From the NCBI GenBank assembly GCA_033442325.1, contig JAWQFM010000007.1, positions 2,010,230-2,042,991 of the forward strand: a DNA stretch of 32,762 bases. The letters run 5' to 3'. Within the stretch, counting starts at the first letter, position 1; every line of letters starts with the position of its first letter. A program made the translations under genes and the position numbers. The DNA is from Salpingoeca rosetta (taxonomy: Eukaryota > Protista > Choanoflagellata). The notes below the pieces were generated by a model. It did no database searches. It was not told where the DNA came from and saw nothing but the letters and a program-made list of their open reading frames with translations. Positions 24,601 to 32,762 of this stretch are shown piece by piece.

Positions 24601-27600
24601 GTCGGCGTATTTGCCACGCTTCAATCGAGTGCGTTCAACACGGCGTCGCTTGGGCTGGGCGCAACGGTTGTGCCTGTCCAGCTGAATGCGCTGACCCGAT
24701 CTGGGCAGGTGTTGACTGGCGCCCAAGTGTCTGCAGCAGACGCGGCAGCCTGCTCCGTTGTGCCGGCGAGCGCGGGCACCCTGAGCGGAGACTGCACGCA
24801 ACTGGTGCTGAACGCGACGCAGAGCGTGCCGGGCCAGACGATGCGAGTTTCCTTTGGCGCAGCGAGTTCGGGGGCGCAGGCCACCAACTACACGCTTGAG
24901 GCGGTGATTGCTGACCAGCTATCAGTTGTGCTCGATGACGCTGAGCTGAATGCGGTGGCTTCCCCCGCGGATTGCCCCACAGCCGTGTACCAGGGCAGCC
25001 GTGTCCGCGTGACGGCCGTGATTGAGCGTGCAGACATGACGAGCATTGGCGTAGATGTGACGCAGCGTGTGCTGCCATTCCTGCGCGTGCGTGACAGCGA
25101 CGTTGCGACGCTAAACACCACGCTGGACGGCACGCTGTATGTTGTCGGCACTGCGCCTGGCACGACGTTTGTGGACGTGCTGTTCCTTGGCGGCGACGTT
25201 GCAGCAACTGCTGCCGTCAACGTCAGTAGCACCCCTGTGGGCATTGAACGCATTGGCGTGGAGATGGTCACTGGGCTTGGAGCGGAAACGGCGCTGACAG
25301 CATCCCCGTATGGCTTTGCCGTGAACGTGACCAAGGTGGCGCAACTTGAGTTTGAGGGCGATGTTGCAGCATTCAAGGCCAGCGTGCTGTACGCTGACGG
25401 CCTGCGGGAGGATCTGGACCACCGCGCACGCGGCGTCGTGCTGGCCTTCAACAGCACGGATGTGCTGCAGGTTGATGGCACGGCAGCAGCAGGTGGCGGG
25501 CCTGCTCTCTCTGCTTTGGCTGTTGGCAGCGGCGTTGTTGCGGTGAACGTGACCTGGACACCACCCAACTGCACGCAGGCGCTGGCTGTTGGGATGCAGG
25601 ATGTTGTTGTTGCGTTGCAGCAGCCTGTGCGGGTGATTGTGGGCGTGTCAGCGAACGTGCTGACCCCTGCCTCGGATCCAGCCGCGTGTGCTGGTGTGGC
25701 GACGAGGACATCGCTAGTGGTGCAGCTTGAGTACGCTGACGGGCATCGCGTTGACGCAACAGCCGATCCGCGGACCGTGGTGGATGTGGATGACGCGGTG
25801 CTTGACGCCGAGGACAGGCTGTCGCTTGCACCAGACGCTCTCCCGGGCGCGATTGAGGTTGTTGCAAACGCGACGGCGACCGCCGGTGCTGCTGGCGTGC
25901 GTGTGTCGTTTACCCACTTGCCGCTGGCGGAGACTGTGAGTGTGGCGGTTGTACGTGCGGAGCAGCTCTCGGTGTTGCTGCACCCTTACCCGGCGTTTGC
26001 TGGCTCGACCAATGTGGACGCCAGTCCCCTCAACCCGATTGCAGACACGTCCGTGTACCAGCAGGCGCTTGCGTCTGTGGTTCTCGTGGTGTCGTCGCCT
26101 GTTGGCCAAGTTGATGTCTCGGACACGGCTGTGGTAGAGGCTGCAAACAGCAGCGTGTCGGTTGTTGCCGGCTCGCGCATGGTGACTGTTGAGGATCCGG
26201 CGGCGCCCAGCGGGCTCGTGCGCGCGACGCTGTGCTCCATCAGCAACACGACGCAGATTGGCATCAGCCAAACGCCGGTGTTTGTGCGGGACATTGATGA
26301 AGTGTCGTTCCCCGACACGTTTGAGGGCGAGCGAGGCTCGCAGGGGCAGGTGACCACGGGTGTGCTGCTTGATGATGGCACACGTCTGCCTGCGGATGTG
26401 CTTACGCCGCGCCTGCGCACGAACTTGCCTCTTCTTCAGTTCACACTGTCTGCGGTGAACAACGGCGGCAGGAATGGCCCGGCGCTTGTCGTGGACAATG
26501 CGACCGGTGTAGTGACGCTGCTTGGCAACAGTGCAGGCTACGTGGAGCTGGTGGTGCAGTCGAGACTCAACCCCAACGTGACGCGCAGCATCGTGATGGC
26601 TGCCAACCTGCTGCCGGCTGTGGGTGACATTGACATTGGAAGCAGCACAGGTCCAGCTGATGGTGGCCCGCACCGGGTTGGCGACGAATTCACGCTTGCC
26701 GTGCGTGTGAACACGGGCACGTACACCGTGGCCGCGGTTGACGTGACGCTGCAGTACAACGCCAGCGTCGTGGAGGCTGTGCGCGTGGAGCGAGGGCCGG
26801 ACTGGATTGGTGGGACGTTCATCGCGACACTCAACGACCCCGTCGGCGAGATTGCGTTTGGCGGCATTGCATCTGGCATCCGCGGCATGGACACAATTGC
26901 GCTGGTGACGCTGCGCGTGCTTGATGCCGTTTCTGACCCCATGATCACGGTGATGAGCGGAACCATCAACACGCTGGCCACGGCAAACCAGGACCCTGTT
27001 GGCGATGACACGCCTCGGCCAATGGTGGCTGGAGACATTCCCATTCGCGTGCAGCCCGTGTCGCGTCGCCGTCGCAGCGACAGCAGTGGCAGTACCGGCG
27101 CGATGCTGACACACGCAGCAGCAGCAGCAACAGCATCGTCATCGTCATCATCAGCACCACCAGAGGCTGTTGCTGCTGCTGCGCGCGTGCGTCGGGCCAT
27201 GTGCTCAGAGTACGTGCGTGGTGACACCAACCTGGACTGCGCGTTTGACCTGAACGACGTGACGTTCCTGCAGTCATACCTGCTCAGCTTGCACAGCCCG
27301 AGCGGGCCGTTGAGTGTGACGCCAGAGCAGCTGGAGGAGCTGGATGCAGACAACTCTGGCACGCCAGACACGTTGGACGCGCTGTTCCTGCTGCGCACCA
27401 ACTTCAGACAGCTTCGCTTTGTCAGCACACCACGCCTGTCGCGCCGCCCCGCCATGGGCCCCACGGGCGCATGCACGTACCGGCTTGTCGTGGATGTGTA
27501 CACCAAGTCTGGACCTGCGCCTCCGGAGCAGACGGACGTGTTTGTTGACTTTGAGAGCTTGGGCATGGACTTGGGCGCTCTTGTGTCCAACCTGTCCTTC

Positions 27601-30150
27601 TCGCAAGGATCCCTTGATCAGCTGAAGCCGAGCCCATTCGACGGCTTCCTGGCGCGTGCGCAGCCGTCTGCTGCCAACAGCGGCGTGTGGGAGCTGGAGT
27701 TCACCACCCGTGAGGTGCTTGGCAACCTGACGCTGACGCTGATTCAGGCGACCACAGATGCGCTTGGCAACACATCGCCGTCACGCTCGCTCGTGCTGAC
27801 AGGAGATCGGGTTTCACCGTTCACATACCCGAACAGCCTGGTGATGAACGTGACACACGGTGCTGGCGGTGTCGCACAGAGCACGGTGCGGTTTGGCCCC
27901 TCTGGGTACAACCCTCTTGTGGAAACGAGCGTCTTCGATGGGCCATGCTCACCTATTCTCATCACCACAACTACCACTACCACCACCACTACGACTACGA
28001 CGACAACAACCACCACAACAACAACAACAACCACCACCACCACTACGACTGCAACAACGACGACAAGCACGAGCACCACGACGACGAGCAGGAGGCCGCC
28101 AATAACCACCAGCTCAACGTCCACCAGTGTCCCCATTACGATTGGGCCGCCGCAAAAGTCCGAGACGTTCTTTGAATCTGCAGCTGGCATCATCGTGATT
28201 GTGGTGGTCGTGCTGCTGCTGCTGTGCTGCTGCTGTTGCCTGTTCTACGTGTGGCGGCGGCGCATGCCGGAGGAAGGCGACGAGGAGTCGGGCCACGGCA
28301 TGTTTGGTCGGTCCATGACGTACGACGTGCGCGACCACAAGCCACATCGCCTCGAGCACGACACGCGCAACGTGACGCTGGTTGGCAAACAGAAGCGCGG
28401 GTCACTGGCTGCGTCCCAGGCGCTCGACGAGGACAACTTCCTGCAGGTGTCGTCGTTCCCTGAGGTTGTGAGCCGCGAGGAGGACATGACCAACGGGAAA
28501 GACGTGGAAACCATCTCGCTTGACCTGCAGGAGTCTGTTGGCGTGGAGCAGGGCCAAGGCGAGGCGGAGGGCGGTGAGGACATGTTTGAGACGTCGTTTG
28601 GAACAACACCGACATCGCAGGCAGAGGGCCTGAGGGAGACGGAGGTGGTGCTGAGCGACGACGGCGCGCCCGGTGGCAAGGTGGAGGAGGTGGTGACACC
28701 CCCGCACCTGTCCACATCCGCGTACCTCAACCCGCCCGTGGACGACACGGACAGCGTGCAGCGGGTGCCTGTTGAGGGCGGCAGCACGGGTCTGTATGGC
28801 GAGACGGGCGCCCCTGCCACCACGTACCTGCGACCTCCGAGTGACTCTGAGGACGAAGCGACCGAAATGCTTGGTGCTGGCCTGGCCATGGCCATGGCTG
28901 ACAAGGGTCAGGGTGGTGGTGACGAAGACCGCCGCGCGTCGTTTGTGCCAAACCCGTTTGATCCTGCCAACGAGAGCTCATCCGAGGACTTTTACAGCGA
29001 CGAGGAGGAGGGTGCAGGAGCAGGAGAACAAGACCAAGAGCGAGCGGCGCTGGGCCCAGAGGGCGAGCGTGAAGACACGCGTGCAGGACAACGCGACGAA
29101 GAACAACAAGAAGAAGAGGAGGCGGCGCCACCGCGGTCGGCACGATCGTCCAAGGAAGCGTGGGGCGAGCCAGTGCATGAGCCGCAATACCTGGACGTGA
29201 GACCCGAACCGGAGCAGCCTGGCACGGACACTGGCGGTGCTGTTGAGCACGTGTCGCAGTATCTCGACGTGAAACCGGGCGAACCCGGCGATGGCGATGG
29301 CGCTGGCCCGAGCGGCGAGCGTGAACATGGCGGTGACGGTGAGGAGGAGGACGGCGAAGGTGGCTTGCAGTTCTTCGATGATGATGAGGTTGAGTTTGTG
29401 CCGGACGATGGGCAGGACGCGGCGTGGACAGAGAGCACGATGATGGAGGAGAAGGGGTCGTCGTCACACTCGCGCTCGCCCGAACCGGAGACGAAGGTGG
29501 ACGAGGCGGAAGGCAGCGCTGAGACATCGTTTGCAATGACAGCAGCAACCACGGGCGACAACGATGGCGAAGCTGAGGATGATGATGCTGATGAGAGCAC
29601 GGACACCTTCCCCTCCGACTCACAGCAGCAGCAGCAGCAGCAGCAGCCGCGGTCTCGGCGTCCGCTGCCGCCGGCGCAAGAAGAGGAGCAGGAGGTGAAG
29701 AAAGACATCCTTCCACTGACGGTGTACAAGCGGGTGGGCGAAGGCGTTGGGTTCAGCATCTACGGAGGAACGGAGACGGGTGAGGCCGGCATCTTTGTCT
29801 CGCGCGTGGATGAGGAAGGTCCCGCTGCTGGCATTGTGCGGCCGGATGACGAGGTGCTGGCGGTTGGCTTGAACAAGATGCGTGACCTGACCAGCACCGA
29901 GGCGGACTTGGTGATGGAGGAGGCAAGCGGCTGCGAGACGGTGAAGCTTGTGGTTGCGCGCGTGCCTGACAAGAAGCCGAGCGCTGATCCTCGGAGTACG
30001 CTGTCTGTTGGGCCGGGCAAGTTTATGTTGTCGAAGCCGCTTCGCTCACGCCGCCGCTCCGCCAACCTCTCTGGCATGGCCAACCCGTCCAACCCACACC
30101 AGCCCGACCACGTCTACGATGAGACGTTTGACGTGTCGGAGTTTGCTTAG
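9799..30150 (+). CDS. Giant intronless single-pass cell-surface protein (~6,783 aa): Cys-rich TNFR-like repeats, 3x [TMEM132-like module - cohesin - furin linker - dockerin], Thr stalk, TM, acidic Tyr-motif tail, PDZ
   Basis: Uninterrupted ORF 9745-30150 with first ATG at 9799; the true start could be a later Met such as 10066. There is strong codon bias and none of the long GT/CA arrays that mark introns elsewhere in the window. Hydrophobic signal-like stretch GPAIVALLLLFLATGPAALM at ~10183-10242, a clear three-fold internal repeat, a TM helix at 28186-28254 and a PDZ domain at ~29707-29961. Confidence 0.92.
13840..17283 (+). other. TMEM132-like module 1 (cohesin-like domain, Ig-like/BIG-type domains, terminal cohesin-like domain)
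   Basis: The sequence VTVW...IEVADPVLNRVDGW...C...YQHAEVTVLANF...DV...L...DTRVVAF...VVGQNTGFTFIHVLS...LGAAPVQVSDDSV...LDV matches the TMEM132 extracellular consensus as I recall it. Cohesin-like strands appear at ~14374-14840 and ~16891-17283 (VAIPVRINTG..SVQAIKLSLQYDPAHLDFVS...EIAVVTLRV). Confidence 0.7.
17392..17590 (+). other. Dockerin-like domain 1 (duplicated Ca-binding loop-helix)
   Basis: GDANADGVFSLADASFAQQYL ... LDIDHNNDRNPDDVFYL fits the dockerin pattern GDxNxDGxxxxxD...(Y)L / DxD/NxDxxxxxxD..L. Confidence 0.75.
18130..19125 (+). repeat. Array of 14 tandem ~24-aa TNFR-like Cys repeats (CxxC-x4/5-Y-x4-C-x4-N/D-x2-C)
   Basis: Examples: CRVCNATEYETVECTMDTNREC, CDTCDPGQYIQHPCTTYFNTDC, CSVCLMGQYEVTPCTPTQNRFC. 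Smaller clusters occur at ~10336-10524, ~11134-11337, ~13618-13818 and ~23533-23607. Confidence 0.85.
19140..22575 (+). other. TMEM132-like module 2 with terminal cohesin-like domain (~22198-22570)
   Basis: Collinear homology with module 1 (VRVWYPESVMLTVDDDRLSRVAGW...C..RFQ; CNLSPVTGDIDLG; LASMDVTVEYDAGLLRAV...GWPGG.F). Confidence 0.7.
22786..22990 (+). other. Dockerin-like domain 2
   Basis: GDTDGDCLFDVRDVSFARMYL ... LDADQNDAVNTQDVDFLL. Confidence 0.75.
23620..27060 (+). other. TMEM132-like module 3 with terminal cohesin-like domain (~26665-27060)
   Basis: Collinear homology with modules 1-2 (LDDAELNAV...C..AVYQGSRVRV; ANLLPAVGDIDIG; VAAVDVTLQYNASVVEAV...DWIGGTF..LNDP.G.I.FGG). Confidence 0.7.
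27220..27420 (+). other. Dockerin-like domain 3
   Basis: GDTNLDCAFDLNDVTFLQSYLL ... LDADNSGTPDTLDALFLLR. Confidence 0.75.
27964..28263 (+). other. Poly-Thr mucin-like stalk followed by a single TM helix with CCCCC and an RRR stop-transfer signal
   Basis: A run of about 30 Thr, then GIIVIVVVVLLLLCCCCCLFYVWRRR (28186-28263). Confidence 0.9.
29707..29961 (+). other. Cytoplasmic PDZ domain of the giant protein
   Basis: LTVYKRVGEGVGFSIYGG...GIFVSRVDEEGPAAGIVRPDDEVLAV...T.TEA...M...TVKLVVAR: a GLGF-like loop (GVGF) and the canonical PDZ pattern. Confidence 0.88.
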
Positions 30151-30300
30151 ATTCGGCGGCGAGAGCATGTGTGTGTGTGAGAGAGAGAGAGTGTGAGTGT
30201 GAGTGTGTGTGTGTGTGTGAGAGAGTGAGAGTGAGTGAGTGTGTGTGCATCGAAAGCGTTTTATTCTTGTATCTTCTTGTGTTTTTGTGGCAAACGTCTG

Positions 30301-30302
<2 letters not shown>

Positions 30303-30380
<78 letters not shown>
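30303..30380 (+). repeat. (GT)n microsatellite downstream of the giant ORF
   Basis: Direct observation. Confidence 0.9.
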
Positions 30381-30381
<1 letters not shown>

Positions 30382-30917
30382 TTTAGGTGTTCGAGTCTGT
30401 GCATGGGGATGGCTTAGCGTGAGTGTTATGCGAGTGCATGTCACGGCAAGCCCCAAATTTGCTTCTTCTTTTGCCTGCATGCATCCTTCTCGCTTGGTCA
30501 TTTCTCTTTTGTTTTGTTGTTTTTTCTCTTCACAGTAGCAGCCCATATTCTTTCTTCATTGCGGTGGTTGGTCCTTTTACTGTCGACTACTTTCTTGTTT
30601 GGTTCTCATCGTCAACAATACACGTATCCCACAAAACACAAACAAAGAAGAGCCATCACCCTCAGCAGCCACTACAGTGTGACTCGCAAGCAAGGCACAG
30701 TGTGGGAAATGGGTGGGGATGTGGAAGCTGGGAAGGTAACAACACAACACGTCGTGGCTTGCGCCAGTCGAGTGGCGGTGGTCGTGGTTGTGGTGGTGTG
30801 GTGTTGGATTTGACACATGAACCAAGCAGCAAGAGGGGAGGGGGCTTGGTGTTGGTGGTGCCGTATTGTCAAAACGAGTGGCGCTGTTCCGTCGCTCTCG
30901 AGTATGTGTTCGGCCGG

Positions 30918-31073
30918 TTAAAGCACATCGACGTGGCCATCGGCAAACGCGTTGTACATGATGTCCACAAGGCCGAGAATCACCTGAAAAAGAGGGAGCA
31001 CAGGAAAGCAATGGTTGATTGTGTGAGGACACACACTGTGTGTGTGTGTGTGTGTTTGTGTTTGTGTGTGTGT

Positions 31074-31130
<57 letters not shown>

Positions 31131-32469
31131 GGTGTGTAGGTGCGCGCGTGTGTGTGGGGGGGGGGAGTTGAAACTCTTTGTCCATGACATGTGCTCGCTA
31201 CCAAGCAAGACTCACCTCGACGACAATCAGGATAATGACGATCCATTCTGCACATGCCAACAACAACACATACGCGGGCACACAGGTACACGAACAAATG
31301 CATTACATGAGGCGCGGAGAGAGACAGACAGCGCAATCAATCAACGAAGGTGCACGACAACAAGAACGGCGTGAGTATTTACAAGTACAACAGTATCAAA
31401 TGCGTACCGAGACGGGTGCTGTGCTGTTCTGATTTCTCTGTGCGAAGAATGTCGAGCAACTCTGCAAGCACATCCAAGCGCTTGTTCAGCACCTGAAAAA
31501 TGTTGAGAGCGGACGGTGTGGTGGTGCGAGTGGTGACATGAAGTGTGAGGACAACAGCCATAAGGGAATTGAAAGGGAGTTGAAAGGGAGTTGAAAGGGA
31601 GTTGAAAGGGAGTTGAAAGGGAGTTGAAAGGGAGTTGAAAGGGAATTGAAATCACACTGCCATGCCATCAACAGCGTGTATGCGCAAGAAACAAGAGGAC
31701 ACTGAAACGAACACGTGCGCAGGTACAAACACACACTCACTCATCCAAACACACACACACACACGCGCGTGTCGGGGCAACCACTTACATCAACACGCTG
31801 GTCGATGCTGAGGAACTTTCTGCACTTTGTGTACACCCATTCACCATGCTGCTGATCCCAAAAGTGGTCGGGCGTGTCGAGAATGTCGTAGATGAGGTTG
31901 ACAGACGATTTCTGGATGTAAAGCTCGCCAATGTACTTTGAAATCTCCTGTTTGCTCAGCGCCATCTTGCCCTCTGTTGCCAGCTCCTGCGGAATGTGCT
32001 GTGTGGCCGCAATTGTCTTCTCGATGCCTTGGGAACAGGTCGGGGATGGACGTGCAGGTGGGTTGTGCGGGTGTGTGCATGAGTGCGTGATGTCATGAGC
32101 ACGCAGAGCAATGGGAGAGTGAAGGGGCGAGTGGAACGGCCAGAAGGAGCGCAAAGAGATATTAAAGGAGGCAGCCACACACAACGTGTACACGTGCATA
32201 GAACAACACGCACGTGCGACGAAAGAGCAATGTGTACACAGATCCGTTCACACATCACACACACACACATCACATCACATCACACATGACGCAATCACGT
32301 GTAAGTGTTGTACTGACCGACTTCAAACGTCTCGAGCTTGACAGACGTGGCGATGGCGTAGGAGACGGCCAGCTTGATCGCAGTGCCCTCCTCGCCAAAT
32401 ATCCTGGGCAGCAGGTAGTTGTTGTCGAAGATTGCAAACGCATCTGGGGACTGCGATGTCGTGTAATAC
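30918..32469 (-). CDS. DUF155 / RMD1-RMND1 family protein, 3' five exons (5' end outside the window)
   Basis: Exons 32469-32318, 32027-31789, 31492-31408, 31247-31216 and 30983-30918 join in phase. They give ...IKLAVSYAIATSVKLETFEVGIEKTI...IPQELATEGK...KYIGELY...VNL..DILDTPDHFW...Y...RKFLSIDQRVDVLNKRLDV...LLDIL...HSTRLEWIVIILIVVEV..., the DUF155 signature with a C-terminal TM. Confidence 0.9.
31564..31651 (+). repeat. 11-bp minisatellite (GGGAGTTGAAA)x8 in a DUF155-gene intron
   Basis: Eight contiguous units; the first and last are the variant GGGAATTGAAA. Confidence 0.92.
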
Positions 32470-32664
32470 CTGGATACGTACAGCACGCGCGAGAGAGTGC
32501 AACAGCACGAGCACGGTGTGAGGTTGGGCAAGGGCTGAAGCAGGATAATGGGAACGGGGGCAGGAAGGGAAGACAAGAAAAACAACACACGGGATGTACA
32601 GCCGTGATGAAAAAGTTGCACAGAAAGCGCGCAGACACAGAAAAACAAAAGCGCACAAACACAC

Positions 32665-32665
32665 A

Positions 32666-32762
<97 letters not shown>
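32665..32762 (+). repeat. (GT)n microsatellite at the window end, probably intronic in the DUF155 gene
   Basis: Direct observation. Confidence 0.9.

Noticed and set aside
31564-31651. Resemblance of the 11-bp repeat to the CRISPR repeat end ATTGAAAG
   Set aside because: Units are contiguous with no spacers, are too short, lie in a eukaryotic intron and have no cas genes nearby.

Overview
Eukaryotic, GC-rich, intron-dense DNA with (GT/CA)n microsatellites in most introns. Style and gene content suggest a choanoflagellate, probably Salpingoeca rosetta-like (inference). Six genes can be reconstructed by hand. (1) The 5' part of a small EF-hand/calmodulin-superfamily gene (minus strand, runs off the left edge). 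(2) A 10-exon mitochondrial enoyl-CoA hydratase (ECHS1-like) with a GC-AG intron. (3) Ribosomal protein eL34/RPL34 (minus) with a probable 5'TOP leader exon. (4) An ALYREF/POLDIP3-family RRM protein. (5) A giant, apparently intronless 20.35-kb ORF (~6,783 aa) encoding a single-pass receptor/adhesin. (6) The 3' part of a DUF155/RMD1-family gene (minus, runs off the right edge). The standout is the giant protein. It has three TMEM132-like modules, each ending in a cohesin-like domain, then a short linker bracketed by two furin-type polybasic sites, then a dockerin-like domain. These are interspersed with TNFR-like Cys repeats and followed by a mucin stalk, a poly-Cys TM helix, a Tyr-motif tail and a PDZ domain. 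This suggests a proteolytically processed, self-assembling cohesin-dockerin surface complex in a unicellular relative of animals. All domain calls are by-eye motif recognition, not database hits.
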